Notes: generated by a model from the sequence alone, not told the origin. DNA of 64,000 bases from a virus (IMGVR_UViG_3300025875_000010:13292-77291), one strand, 5' to 3'. Positions 1 to 9,959 are shown, counted from the first letter of the stretch. Made by a program: numbers and translations.

Positions 1-37
1 TTCAATAAGCTCATCGAGAAGAAACTGCATCTCATCC

Positions 38-346
38 TTAGGCTCTTCTTCGTCCATCTGATTTCTTCTTTCTAATAAAGGCTGCTGTTGCAGCAAATCT
101 ATCTCCCCGCCCGCCGAGTCTGCGGTAGTATTCCTCAGCACCTCGATGGCACTTCGTACACAATGCTACCATATCTGAGAGGCGTTCGTTTCCCAACCGG
201 ACATATGTCATGTGATGCAATTGTATCGGGCCAATGGTTGTAGAGCAGGCCCTACAATAACGCCCGCGCGTGGAGAACCATAGCTCTCGCTTGGTTCTCC
301 ACGCGGGGGACTTTAAATATTGCGTATAGAAGGTTTTATCCTTCAC
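38..346 (-). CDS. HNH endonuclease-like protein
   Basis: CxxC (CRAC), QLHH, and CxxCH (LCTKCH) motifs in 102 aa. Confidence 0.75.
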   Translation of the reverse strand: MKDKTFYTQYLKSPAWRTKRELWFSTRGRYCRACSTTIGPIQLHHMTYVRLGNERLSDMVALCTKCHRGAEEYYRRLGGRGDRFAATAAFIRKKKSDGRRRA

Positions 347-1135
347 TTACCACTGCAACTCGCCAGATTCAGTTTTTGCACCAGTGATCTGATTACCGGT
401 CTCTACCGTTGCGACAACAGTGTCATCGTCAAGGGCATCACCGTCCTGATACACGGCACCGTAGTATCCGGGCTGCTCTTCGTAAGAAATCTTACGAAGA
501 ACCGCTTCCTCTAGGTCAATTACCTCCACGTCAATTGCATCATAGAGGTCAATACCCTTTGCCTCCTTGAGCTTCCATGCAGTCGACGTTCCGGTTCCGG
601 AACGAGTGATCCTCCACATCTTGTTCGTAATCTGGTTGTTATCGTCATCTTCCACCTCCTGAATTAAATCGTCAACGAATGACGAGTTAAAGCTGCGGGA
701 AATAACAACCGGCTTCACTCCCTCTCCGTCCTTGTAATCAACGAGGGCCCAGATATAAAAATTCCTCTTTTGACCCCAACCCTTTAGCTTCTTCTTGCCG
801 TCAACTACCGGCGCATTAAGCCTGTCGTCCGCGTGACGTTCGCATGCAAAACATGCACCTTCATCTGCGGTGCAGCTTGCCCTACGCTTGAAGCCTTCCT
901 TGCCGGGAGCCTGATGCTCTACCGCGCTAAGTGGAAGTCCATAATTAGGATCGTAACCCTCTACGCCCTCATCGAATTCCTGCAAGAAGCGAACAAACAC
1001 AACGTCCTTATCGTCCTTGCTCTTGTTATTCTTCCAGTTGAAATACTCTGCTCTTGGACGCTCGCGCGCCTCCTGCTCGGCCTTGATCTGTGCCTTTGTT
1101 GATTTAAATGCTGCAATACCTCTTGAAATTGCCAT
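347..1135 (-). CDS. ssb: single-stranded DNA-binding protein
   Basis: 262 aa, FVRFL..H..C..C phage gp32-like pattern, acidic C-terminal tail, next to primase, strong RBS AAGGAG. Confidence 0.75.
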   Translation of the reverse strand: MAISRGIAAFKSTKAQIKAEQEARERPRAEYFNWKNNKSKDDKDVVFVRFLQEFDEGVEGYDPNYGLPLSAVEHQAPGKEGFKRRASCTADEGACFACERHADDRLNAPVVDGKKKLKGWGQKRNFYIWALVDYKDGEGVKPVVISRSFNSSFVDDLIQEVEDDDNNQITNKMWRITRSGTGTSTAWKLKEAKGIDLYDAIDVEVIDLEEAVLRKISYEEQPGYYGAVYQDGDALDDDTVVATVETGNQITGAKTESGELQW

Positions 1136-1186
1136 TGAAATTTAATCTCTCCTTTTATTATTGAGGGCTCTGCCCTTCTATGTATC

Positions 1187-1215
1187 ATTGTACACCCGGA
1201 TGACTTAAAGGTCAA
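1187..1215 (-). promoter_or_regulatory. sigma70/SigA-type promoter for ssb
   Basis: TTGACC-17 nt-TACAAT on minus strand. Confidence 0.8.
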
Positions 1216-2284
1216 GTGCATATTCGAAATGTGGAATGGCATTCTTGATGCTATAGCGAATGGTTTCATCATCCATATCATCCGGGTCCTTGGCGGGAAG
1301 TCTATTGACGCCACCATGGTGCGCCCATACAACTCTCTTGGTACTCATCATATCTGCAATCTTTACGCCTAGCTCTTCACCGGGCCGGTGCCCCATACAT
1401 AGATTAGAACCGGCCTTTTTGCACTTGGCACAAACCGGATAAAATTGCTTTTCATCCCAATCAGTCATAATAACAATAGTGTTAAAATACTTGCCTAGTA
1501 GGCTGGCATGTTCCTTTGAAAAGTGGCCCATTAAAAGGCTGACAGTATTGGGATAGCCAACCTGAGTCAGCCTCATGGCGCTGAATGACGCCTCGACAAT
1601 GATCGCAACGTCACCCGTTTTTTTTGCACGGTGAAGATTAAAGAGTGTCTTGGAAGTAGGCAACCCCGGAGTATTCTTAAACGACTTGCCCTTAACAGAC
1701 CGCCGTACGGCCCCAACTTCAACATTTCCCATAGGATCATGCATCGGAACACAAACCATATCAAGATTAACGTCGTAACCAATTTCAAAGTCCTTTAGTG
1801 TTTGTTTTTCAAACCCGCGTCCGCGCATGTACATTTGTCCATCGGGATACTTCCACATATCACGCCTTGTACGATCCAAATAATCCGCTTCAACTACATT
1901 TCCCTCTGTATCCTTACGAACATAAGGAGACCAAAGCTCTTTAGTTTCATTAACCTTTTCTAGCTCGGCCACAAGGTCACCCTGAGCTGTTCTGCTCTTG
2001 GCTATTAATCTTTTAATTTGAAAGTCATTAAGGTTGGCTACATTCTTAATGAGTCTTTCCAACCCGCCAGTCTTGTTACAGGACGGATTGAAGCAAATAT
2101 AAGTTCCATCGGTCTTATTAACAGCAAAGCTAGGGGTGTCCCTATTGCCGTGGTATGGGCAATAGGCCAAATACACCGCCTCAGTCTCGCCGTCAACATC
2201 TAGACCAATTTTACGGAGTATGGCGCTTACTTGATTTTCTGTGTAGGAATTTGTTTCCCACCGGATATCCCTTCTATCTGCCAT
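1205..2284 (-). CDS. dnaG: DNA primase (CHC2 zinc finger + Toprim)
   Basis: CPYH...CFNPSC zinc finger, IIVE and TDWD Toprim motifs. Confidence 0.85.
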   Translation of the reverse strand: MADRRDIRWETNSYTENQVSAILRKIGLDVDGETEAVYLAYCPYHGNRDTPSFAVNKTDGTYICFNPSCNKTGGLERLIKNVANLNDFQIKRLIAKSRTAQGDLVAELEKVNETKELWSPYVRKDTEGNVVEADYLDRTRRDMWKYPDGQMYMRGRGFEKQTLKDFEIGYDVNLDMVCVPMHDPMGNVEVGAVRRSVKGKSFKNTPGLPTSKTLFNLHRAKKTGDVAIIVEASFSAMRLTQVGYPNTVSLLMGHFSKEHASLLGKYFNTIVIMTDWDEKQFYPVCAKCKKAGSNLCMGHRPGEELGVKIADMMSTKRVVWAHHGGVNRLPAKDPDDMDDETIRYSIKNAIPHFEYALDL

Positions 2285-2532
2285 GCTCTCTCCTCACCTA
2301 CATAAACTCCTTGCCATGTATATACAAATTCAAATACATCTTCCTCTACCCATTGTTGTTCCCACACCGGGTCAATATCAAGATAAGGCGCAAAACCCTC
2401 TATTTTCATCCAATTGACTATAGCTATCTTATATGTGTCACGGGATTGAACTATTTTATCACCGGCCACTGTGCCCGGCAACTGAAATCTTCTAATTATT
2501 TGATTCGTCATACGTTTCCTCATAAATTCCAC
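2227..2532 (-). CDS. hypothetical protein
   Basis: 101-aa ORF packed between helicase and primase; start uncertain. Confidence 0.6.
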   Translation of the reverse strand: MEFMRKRMTNQIIRRFQLPGTVAGDKIVQSRDTYKIAIVNWMKIEGFAPYLDIDPVWEQQWVEEDVFEFVYTWQGVYVGEERAWQIEGISGGKQIPTQKIK

Positions 2533-3709
2533 TGTTGTAATCAGTCTTTAGAAACATATCTCCCAAGTCACCAAATCGATTTTTTCTCATTACAACCTCA
2601 GTCAAACCATTCTCATGCTTGTGAACTGCAACGATTACGTCTGCGGTATATTCAAGAGAACGTCCCCATGCTAGCTGACCCAGGTCCGGTGGCCTATTTC
2701 TGCCCTGATCCTTGTCGGTAACAGCGCTAATAATGATGACCGGAATCTTGTTATTCTTCGCTAGAAGCTTCATTTCACGAGAGAAGTTCATCATTCGTGC
2801 AACCATTTCAGGACTCTTTGCATTGTCCATAGCTAACTGCTGGTAATCTAGAACAAGTAAGCCGGGATGATGCTGATCAATCTTGGCTTGCATGAAGTTA
2901 GGCGTTACGTCCTGGCCTTCCATTCCTGAGGTAACAATAAATCCAGTCTTACCGGCTTTTTTCTTGCCAATGGATTCAAATGCCTCAGAATCATAAACGC
3001 CCCTTTGAAGATCACTATTCTTGAAATCACCCTCACCGATCATCGTCCAGATTCTATTTCGCATATCTTCTGGCGTCATCTCCAAAGAAATGACCAATGG
3101 CTTGACCCCATGATCCCAGGCTCGTTCGGCCATCTTTGCCGCCAACCAGGTCTTACCGTGGCTAGAGAAACCAATAAAGTAAATTACATGACCGGGAGCC
3201 ATTCCCGTAGCATAGTAACTGTCAATTCCTTTAAATCCAGTTGGGATGCCAACTGTTCCACCATTCTCATCAGCTTCCTTGCGGGTCTTTTCAAAATGCT
3301 CTCTGGCATCATCCAAATCCATAATATCCAGGTCCTTGTTAACCGTGGACATTCTTTGAAGCTTGGCTAGCTGAGCCTGTAAGCCATTGAGAATATCTTG
3401 AGGCTCGTGGCGGTCCTGCATATGCTTTCCAGTCTTAACTAAAAGTTCCCTAATTCTACCCTCAGTGTATTCCTTCTTTAACTGATTAAGGTAAAAGGCC
3501 GTGTCGCCTTTTACCTCAACTTCTTCTGCTGCCGGGTTGATTTGTGCAAGAATATCAATATCTGGAACGGTGCGGTACTCGTTATAATGGTTGCGAAGGT
3601 CTACGTACACATCTTCATATTCACCGAATAACTCGGGGTCCTCGGACAGCGCCAGAAAGATATCTTTGCTCTTACATATAGAATTAATTACGTTGAGGGC
3701 TTCTGCCAT
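2492..3709 (-). CDS. dnaB: DnaB-like replicative helicase
   Basis: Walker A GFSSHGKT, SLEM, LVLDYQQL, LEYTADVIV, KNRFG motifs. Confidence 0.9.
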   Translation of the reverse strand: MAEALNVINSICKSKDIFLALSEDPELFGEYEDVYVDLRNHYNEYRTVPDIDILAQINPAAEEVEVKGDTAFYLNQLKKEYTEGRIRELLVKTGKHMQDRHEPQDILNGLQAQLAKLQRMSTVNKDLDIMDLDDAREHFEKTRKEADENGGTVGIPTGFKGIDSYYATGMAPGHVIYFIGFSSHGKTWLAAKMAERAWDHGVKPLVISLEMTPEDMRNRIWTMIGEGDFKNSDLQRGVYDSEAFESIGKKKAGKTGFIVTSGMEGQDVTPNFMQAKIDQHHPGLLVLDYQQLAMDNAKSPEMVARMMNFSREMKLLAKNNKIPVIIISAVTDKDQGRNRPPDLGQLAWGRSLEYTADVIVAVHKHENGLTEVVMRKNRFGDLGDMFLKTDYNSGIYEETYDESNN

Positions 3710-4032
3710 TGCTTATCGTGTTCCTCTACTTTCTTCCTAGTCTCTTCGCGCAATTGCTTCCGATAAATTTCATCCTCAGAATCCTCATGCATCCATTCAT
3801 TAATCTCTGAATAGTTTCTGAGGAAGTCTTGCGTTGAATGCATCTTCTTCAAGGTGAAGTAATACTCTAAAGTCTCTGCCGCCTCTACTCCCAAATCATC
3901 AAGCATGTATGCAAAGTCCCAACGCGCTGTATTCCTATTTAGCTTGGGCTTTATTTCATACTTATCTTGATATAACTTGATGAACCGAGACATAAGAATA
4001 TTTACTCTTTGTGTCTTGGTCTTAGCGTCCAT
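3688..4032 (-). CDS. hypothetical protein (possible helicase loader)
   Basis: 114-aa ORF directly upstream of helicase; function inferred from position only. Confidence 0.55.
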   Translation of the reverse strand: MDAKTKTQRVNILMSRFIKLYQDKYEIKPKLNRNTARWDFAYMLDDLGVEAAETLEYYFTLKKMHSTQDFLRNYSEINEWMHEDSEDEIYRKQLREETRKKVEEHDKQWQKPST

Positions 4033-4268
4033 CAGGCTTCTCCTAAACCGGCCTCGGCTAACTCTTTCTTAGTCTGCTCAAACTTATCGACTAACTTATT
4101 CTCCGTAAGAGCATAGACTCTATCGATAAGATCGGCGGCCTTTTCACCGGGCATGGCAGAAGCTTCTAGCTCCATTTCTACGGTGGTGTTCTCAAAGTTG
4201 CCAAGATTCATCTTATAGCCAATGCGGACACTGACCCTAGGTGGCTCTACCTTATTTAGCTCTTCCAT
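4032..4268 (-). CDS. hypothetical protein
   Basis: 78 aa, coupled overlaps on both sides, NLGNFE motif. Confidence 0.65.
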   Translation of the reverse strand: MEELNKVEPPRVSVRIGYKMNLGNFENTTVEMELEASAMPGEKAADLIDRVYALTENKLVDKFEQTKKELAEAGLGEA

Positions 4269-4576
4269 TATTCATTCTCCTCTGCTATTATGACTTCCGG
4301 ATCATCAACCGGTGGTGCTGCCTGAAAACCTACTCCGGTTTTGTAGTTATTGCCCCCTGCGTTGATGGGCGTGCGTTGCGCTTCTGGATCGGTATAATGG
4401 GTTATGGCTTCACTAAATTTCATCCACATTGCACCTACAGCCAACATGCCCTCAACGTCATTGATCTTCTCTGCCATAATCCCGGCAGCGTCAAGGGCTA
4501 AAGTCGCTTGTATCAAAGCTTCTTCTGGACCTATGTCACCCTCCTTTGGAAGAACCTTATACCTCATTGTAAGCAC
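4268..4576 (-). CDS. hypothetical protein
   Basis: 102-aa ORF in tight operon. Confidence 0.6.
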   Translation of the reverse strand: MLTMRYKVLPKEGDIGPEEALIQATLALDAAGIMAEKINDVEGMLAVGAMWMKFSEAITHYTDPEAQRTPINAGGNNYKTGVGFQAAPPVDDPEVIIAEENE

Positions 4577-5126
4577 TCCAAACCGGCGTCATTTCACCGT
4601 CTGCTGTTTTCATGTAAAACATGGGCTGCTGTCTCAGAACAGCCAGCAATTCTTTGCGGCTGGGCAATCTAGTTGCTGCATATAGTGTACCATCCTTTCT
4701 CGGTCTACCTCCACCAATATAAAGCATATGTTCGTGAAGAGCAATAATATCTGCCTCGCTCCACTTCAAAGTGTCAAAAGTCTTTCCAGATGCATTGACA
4801 CCATGCTTTGGTACTCGAACGGGCGAATTAATTTTACCATTTATGACATAACCTTGAATCGTGACTCGATTTCTATTAAGAAAATATGCCACTTCTTTTG
4901 TATCATATGCTGGCTTCATTCGCTTTTTAGCATCTGACAAAAGAAACTTCACTAACTTATCTTTCTCTATATCCTTCGCGGTAAGAATATCTCTTGGCCT
5001 GTCCTGGCGAATTATTTTATAAAGCCTGCCATCCAAAAAGAAATAAGCCTGACGACCTTTACTTCTCGTCAAGGGCTTATTGTTTGGTGGTCCTACGTTT
5101 TGCTTCCTAGGAGTCGGGTCAGCCAT
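4557..5126 (-). CDS. helix-turn-helix DNA-binding protein (MerR/excisionase-like)
   Basis: YDTKEVAYFLNRNRVTIQGYVINGKI HTH pattern. Confidence 0.7.
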   Translation of the reverse strand: MADPTPRKQNVGPPNNKPLTRSKGRQAYFFLDGRLYKIIRQDRPRDILTAKDIEKDKLVKFLLSDAKKRMKPAYDTKEVAYFLNRNRVTIQGYVINGKINSPVRVPKHGVNASGKTFDTLKWSEADIIALHEHMLYIGGGRPRKDGTLYAATRLPSRKELLAVLRQQPMFYMKTADGEMTPVWSAYNEV

Positions 5127-5260
5127 AATCCAGTATCGCTCTCTTTCTTAATCATTGGTCTTTTACCACACATGATGCAAAAGAGCTCATAATGCCCTAG
5201 CTCACTGAAAACAGTATCTAAGAACACCCGGCCTTTGCACTTATTGCAAATTAACATCAT
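5093..5260 (-). CDS. small zinc-ribbon protein (55 aa; absent from the ORF track)
   Basis: Manual translation MMLICNKCKGRVFLD...ELFCIMCGKRP; two CxxC pairs; ATGA overlap with holin stop. Confidence 0.75.
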   Translation of the reverse strand: MMLICNKCKGRVFLDTVFSELGHYELFCIMCGKRPMIKKESDTGLWLTRLLGSKT

Positions 5261-5508
5261 TTAACCTTTACTTCCTTCTTAACGTTAGGGAACTTATAAA
5301 CACCGGCAGTGGCTAGTGCTGACGTTAGAATCAGCAACCACTCATCCGTTGTTATTCCGTTCGTGTACACAGCGAACGCTGTGGTGACAGCCGTGCCAAG
5401 CGCAGACAGAATTGTCTTCCTATACCTGGCCCAATAGGGCTTGCCTAGGGTGAGGATAATTCTTAACTTACTTACCTCCACCACTTCCGCTGCCCTATGT
5501 CTGCCCAT
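5257..5508 (-). CDS. putative holin
   Basis: 83 aa, two hydrophobic segments, basic C-terminus; leaderless promoter TATACT-6 nt-ATG. Confidence 0.65.
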   Translation of the reverse strand: MGRHRAAEVVEVSKLRIILTLGKPYWARYRKTILSALGTAVTTAFAVYTNGITTDEWLLILTSALATAGVYKFPNVKKEVKVK

Positions 5509-5525
5509 GATTAAAGTATAACATA

Positions 5526-6386
5526 TCAGGTGCTAAACTTCTTCCCGTCAACTATACATGTTAACCCCTCATCGGTTTCTCTAACAGGGATAAACTGTAA
5601 GAAAGCCTTATTGTCAACAACATGAGCAATTCCAAAGCCCTTCTCCCAAGAAGGGTTGATGGTATATCTTAAACCATATTTGTTAGGGTCACAAAGATGA
5701 CCCGTTCCCATGCCAACTAAAGACATTTCCTTTCTCATGGGATAGGACTTATACACAACCCCGCCCCTGTGATCATGACCTCTGACCAAAGAAATGCCAT
5801 AATTCTCAATGTCTGACTTTACGGCGAGACCAGTAGTAGTTGTAGTTGCCCCGTGATGAACATGAATGCCTGCAAATCTTTCAAAAGGTGGAAACTCATA
5901 ACTCTGCCAGGTGATGCCAAGGTCATCTAAAGACCATAACATATTCGGAGTGACATACTCCTTGCTCTCTGGCGATTTCTTATCCACGTACTTAAAAACT
6001 CTTATGTCGTGGTTACCCAAAGAATTATGAATATCTGCCTTTGGATGGTCTGCTCTCAGGTCTTGGTAGAATCTCCTTGCACCTTCGGCATTCTTCTTAA
6101 TAAACGGCAGGGGATCAACCGGCTCTAAATCAACCGGCGCGGCATCGTTCTGCTTAATACTAGCTTCTATCAGCTTAGTATTAATCTTTTGGTTAGCCAC
6201 CAGACGATTGAAGAACTCATCTGTCGTTCCATCGCTAAAGGTTGAGTATTCCAACTGATCATCTATATCTCCAACGATATCAATTGCATCCGGCTTCCAA
6301 GCCTTCATTACCTTGAAAAACAATTCTACTGCTCGATTATCGTGGTATGGAATTTGTAAATCTCCGACAAATCCCCACTTAAACAT
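5526..6386 (-). CDS. calcineurin-like metallophosphoesterase
   Basis: GDLQ, GDIDD, GNHD, HVHHG, GHDH motifs; start placed at ATG 6386 (MFKWGFVGD). Confidence 0.85.
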   Translation of the reverse strand: MFKWGFVGDLQIPYHDNRAVELFFKVMKAWKPDAIDIVGDIDDQLEYSTFSDGTTDEFFNRLVANQKINTKLIEASIKQNDAAPVDLEPVDPLPFIKKNAEGARRFYQDLRADHPKADIHNSLGNHDIRVFKYVDKKSPESKEYVTPNMLWSLDDLGITWQSYEFPPFERFAGIHVHHGATTTTTGLAVKSDIENYGISLVRGHDHRGGVVYKSYPMRKEMSLVGMGTGHLCDPNKYGLRYTINPSWEKGFGIAHVVDNKAFLQFIPVRETDEGLTCIVDGKKFST

Positions 6387-6444
6387 TTCTGACACTCTTT
6401 GCCCTTCTGAAAGTATCTCTAGCCGCCAAATCATCGTTCGTCAT
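6379..6444 (-). CDS. 21-aa leader ORF coupled to phosphoesterase
   Basis: AAGAAAGG RBS then MTNDDLAARDTFRRAKSVRNV*; stop overlaps downstream ATG. Confidence 0.4.
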   Translation of the reverse strand: MTNDDLAARDTFRRAKSVRNV

Positions 6445-6478
6445 ATATTGCCTTTCTTTAGGGGTAGATCAATGACAG

Positions 6479-6502
6479 GACCCCAGGCCGTAACCTGGGG
6501 TC
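6479..6502. terminator. stem-loop (possible terminator or processing site)
   Basis: GACCCCAGG-6 nt-CCTGGGGTC; no clear U-tract. Confidence 0.45.
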
Positions 6503-6798
6503 TAAACTGCCTCCACTCTATCACACTCTTGATCGTCTAGCAACTTGTCGCCCCTATCCATGTTGCAGCGCCAATGGGAAGCCTTCACATTTTCATAGAC
6601 GTGAAGGCCGCCCCGGCTGATTGGAATAACGTGGTCTAATGTGGCGCGCATCCAAGCGTCACCACGAAGCTTTCGGTCGATCAGTGTATCACACAGGTGG
6701 CACATCCATTCATCACGCTCAAAAACGGTCAGGTGACAAATATCGTCACCTTGAGCCATGACCGCACGACGTTTTGCGGAATAGTACCTTTTGCGCAT
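6502..6798 (-). CDS. HNH endonuclease
   Basis: CHLC, TLDHVIPISRGGLHVYENVKASHWRCN. Confidence 0.9.
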   Translation of the reverse strand: MRKRYYSAKRRAVMAQGDDICHLTVFERDEWMCHLCDTLIDRKLRGDAWMRATLDHVIPISRGGLHVYENVKASHWRCNMDRGDKLLDDQECDRVEAV

Positions 6799-6841
6799 GC
6801 TACATTACGGCCCTCATGGTCCTATAATTATACCATAAAGT

Positions 6842-7270
6842 TTAATAACCTACTGCAATCCAAGAAACAATTCCCCAAGCTTCGATGCGCGGAGCGACCG
6901 TTTCGTGATCGGTTACGTGAGCCCAGAATCCGCGATGATCAATCTCTCCACCAAATCCTCTAACAGTTACCAACTTCCTCAGCTTCCATCCTAGCGTTTC
7001 AACAGTTGCCGTAACAATTGGCCTGCATCCTGGGGTGAAGAAATTTTTGAACTGCACGTTAACATCAATATAATCTGTGTTAGTCCAAAGATATGCCGTC
7101 TTACCCGCGAGGATTCTCAAGCTAGAGTCCTTTGTAATGATTCTGTCATCAACTCTAATCCTTGGGCTGTTCTCATACAGCCATTGAATGTTGTTACTGG
7201 TCTGCTGTAGCTTATCAAGTTTTAACAATCCATCAGTGAACGACACCGGCCTATATGCTGTTACTGCCAT
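6842..7270 (-). CDS. minor tail protein
   Basis: 142 aa in tail module; C-terminal VSWIAVG typical of gp53-like fibre tips. Confidence 0.6.
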   Translation of the reverse strand: MAVTAYRPVSFTDGLLKLDKLQQTSNNIQWLYENSPRIRVDDRIITKDSSLRILAGKTAYLWTNTDYIDVNVQFKNFFTPGCRPIVTATVETLGWKLRKLVTVRGFGGEIDHRGFWAHVTDHETVAPRIEAWGIVSWIAVGY

Positions 7271-7422
7271 CAGTCATCTTCCTCCTTAATGTCTTGGTCT
7301 ACGGCCTCTTCGGGCTGAGAAGCGACAAGCTGAACCTTAAGCAAAGCGATTTGCTTGGCCTGCTCACCAATCTCATGCATGAGAGTGTCTATTACTTTGT
7401 TAATATCAATATTGTTATCCAT
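7270..7422 (-). CDS. small acidic coiled-coil protein (50 aa; absent from the ORF track)
   Basis: RBS AAGGAG then MDNNIDINKVIDTLMHEIGEQAKQIALLKVQL... Confidence 0.65.
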   Translation of the reverse strand: MDNNIDINKVIDTLMHEIGEQAKQIALLKVQLVASQPEEAVDQDIKEEDD

Positions 7423-7457
7423 AATTCTCCTTTAAGTTTCTTTTATCATACCACATG

Positions 7458-9959
7458 TTACTTCTCCAGCTCGGCAATTCGCTGCTCTAAAGTCTGAATG
7501 CTACCGACCAGGGCAGCTATAACTGCTATTACATCTACACCTGATGGCCCTTCTACCTTTGGATCGGGATTACCACGAACTACTTCCAGTGGCATTTCGT
7601 CAGTAACGAATCCGATCTGATGCATCGGTGGGACTCCTGCGTTCTTAGCCTCACCCTTATGTCCCTTACGATAGAACTCTCGGGTTCTCATTTTTTTAAC
7701 TACTTCTAGTGCATCGAATGATATGTCCTGAATATCTTCCTTGGTGGAACGGTCGGAGCTTCCAATGAATCCAGTTCCCCATACTGGAATGTTTCCGGTG
7801 TCCTGAACATTACGGAACTCCATTCTCTCACCACCGGCGTCGGACGCCAAGTAATAATACTTCATGATTCCACCGAAGCCGTTACGGTTTTGTAGTACAA
7901 GCTTGACGGAAGAACCAGGGATTCCTGACTCTAGGATTCTCATTGATGAACCGTCACCGGGAACTGTGGTTCTAGCGCGGATTACAGTTTCTGCACGGTG
8001 GACTTCAATCTGTCCTCTATTCTCAGAGTTGTTTGGACCGGCCGGGCCGTAAATGTAAGTATTGTCGTTGGCAATAGCAAATCTGGTGTCACCGACGTTA
8101 CCAATATCGTCACCATCATAAAGCTTAAGTCCACCGTCGTTACTCAGCCAAATGCGAAGTCTGTTTCCGTTATCGTAGAATCGAGTTCCATTTGCTTCGT
8201 CAACGATCATACGAGCATCAAGCTGTGGCGGCGTGGTCACGGTTCCTCTATCAGTGGCGTGATCAATTCGGAAGGTACCATTAGTTACATCGCCACCATA
8301 GGTAAAACGAATATCTTTCGATACGGTGAAAATGGCATCGTTACTCTGAATCTGAATAGAGTTCCATGCTCCATACCAACTATTGTTCAGAGGTACGTTC
8401 ATAGACAACGACTCAACACCGGCCTGTGGCAGTGATGCAGTGTAACCTTGAACGCGAGCCAAAGCCCCGGCTGGACTAAAGAATGAAATAACACCCTGGA
8501 TTCCACCAGACATAATCTCTACTCTTCGGCCGGTTACGTTAGTTCTAAAGCTTCCTCGCAGAGTGGCGCTACCGAACTCTACCGTTCCATCACCATTAAT
8601 CGTCCAACCGGCTGTGTTTGGAATGTAATTGTATGATCTGATTACTGCCTTTGCATTATCTGCAACTTGACTTGAGGTTGAGCTTCCTACGACCAACTGA
8701 CCTATAACGCTTGCCTCGTTAAAAACCGCACGACCAGTTAGGTTAACTGACCATAAAGGCTGAGCAATACCATTATAGTTTGCCATCACGCTTGACTTTA
8801 GTTCACCGGTCGTAATGGTTGCTGCATTGACGCTGGCTATATTTGCCGCATCAATCACGGCAGTTCCAATGTTTGCCTTGCTGGTTATCAACAAATTAGT
8901 GCCTACGGCATCAGAAGTTACAGTGTTTGCAATCAGCTTCCTACCTGAGATTACTCCAATGGAAGTGTCTTCCACCCAAGTGCCGGTTGCACTGCGTCGA
9001 TAGGTTTTACCCGAATTGGTAGCTGGTGGTGAAGCTGTATTAAAGAAAACATCACCTGGCTTGTAGGCTGTTCCATCGGGAGCAGCCTGCGTTGTCGGCA
9101 GAGTCGTTCCATAGAATGCATTAGCTCCACCCAGCTCTCGGGCGGTGAAGTTCATCTGATTTGCACTTAGCTTGGCATTTGGATCAATTTCCAGCCCGCT
9201 CAAGCGCGTGGGTGTTCCGCTGGCCTGTCCCGATGGTGGGGACTTCTTGCCCTTGCGGTTAACGCTGACCAGTCTAAAGTAATACACCGTGTCGTAGGAC
9301 AAGGCAGACACAATTGTGCCCTGCTTGCCGTACGGCTCAAATCTACCCACAATGGTTGAATCACTTGGGGTAAACCCACTTAGGGTGAAGGCATGTATTT
9401 CTACGTACTGCAAGTTAAATGGATTAATCGTACCGGCGCTGGTCTGTCCATCCCATTCCACGGTGATCTTACCCATTGTACTATCAACAATTGGTGCCGT
9501 TGGAGTTGGTGGTGTCTCTTCCGTTGCGGTCTTGGTCACACCTGGGCTCTTGTTGCCACTAAGGTCACGAGCCTTAATCGTAATCTCTACAGTCAGCTCA
9601 ATGCCATCGAAAGCCTGAGCGTTCATAACTAGAGTAAAGTCAAAGGTAGTATTGATAGTATTGTAAGTTTGGCTCTTGCCATTAGCTCTAACTATTATCT
9701 CATAGTCCTTAAGGTCTCTCAAAGACTTCCGGTTTCCAAAGGCATCTGGGCCGTCAAGCGTTGGAGCAATCCATGTGGCAATAAAAGACTCACCCGTTGC
9801 GATCCACGTAAGACCTTCAACATCACCAGGTGGTGTTACATCACCGGCCGTCTTTAGCTTATAGACGGGGGACCACTGCGACACGTTCATTCCATCATTG
9901 GTACGAAACTGTAATAGATAGTCCTGACCTGGGCGCAGGTCTCTTGCTAGAACTCTCAA
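7458..9959 (-). CDS. tail fibre/tip protein with FN3-like N-terminus and C-terminal peptidase S74 chaperone
   Basis: SSDRSTKEDI...QIGFVTDE...coiled-coil C-terminus; FN3-like repeats at N-terminus. Confidence 0.8.
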   Translation of the reverse strand: MRVLARDLRPGQDYLLQFRTNDGMNVSQWSPVYKLKTAGDVTPPGDVEGLTWIATGESFIATWIAPTLDGPDAFGNRKSLRDLKDYEIIVRANGKSQTYNTINTTFDFTLVMNAQAFDGIELTVEITIKARDLSGNKSPGVTKTATEETPPTPTAPIVDSTMGKITVEWDGQTSAGTINPFNLQYVEIHAFTLSGFTPSDSTIVGRFEPYGKQGTIVSALSYDTVYYFRLVSVNRKGKKSPPSGQASGTPTRLSGLEIDPNAKLSANQMNFTARELGGANAFYGTTLPTTQAAPDGTAYKPGDVFFNTASPPATNSGKTYRRSATGTWVEDTSIGVISGRKLIANTVTSDAVGTNLLITSKANIGTAVIDAANIASVNAATITTGELKSSVMANYNGIAQPLWSVNLTGRAVFNEASVIGQLVVGSSTSSQVADNAKAVIRSYNYIPNTAGWTINGDGTVEFGSATLRGSFRTNVTGRRVEIMSGGIQGVISFFSPAGALARVQGYTASLPQAGVESLSMNVPLNNSWYGAWNSIQIQSNDAIFTVSKDIRFTYGGDVTNGTFRIDHATDRGTVTTPPQLDARMIVDEANGTRFYDNGNRLRIWLSNDGGLKLYDGDDIGNVGDTRFAIANDNTYIYGPAGPNNSENRGQIEVHRAETVIRARTTVPGDGSSMRILESGIPGSSVKLVLQNRNGFGGIMKYYYLASDAGGERMEFRNVQDTGNIPVWGTGFIGSSDRSTKEDIQDISFDALEVVKKMRTREFYRKGHKGEAKNAGVPPMHQIGFVTDEMPLEVVRGNPDPKVEGPSGVDVIAVIAALVGSIQTLEQRIAELEK

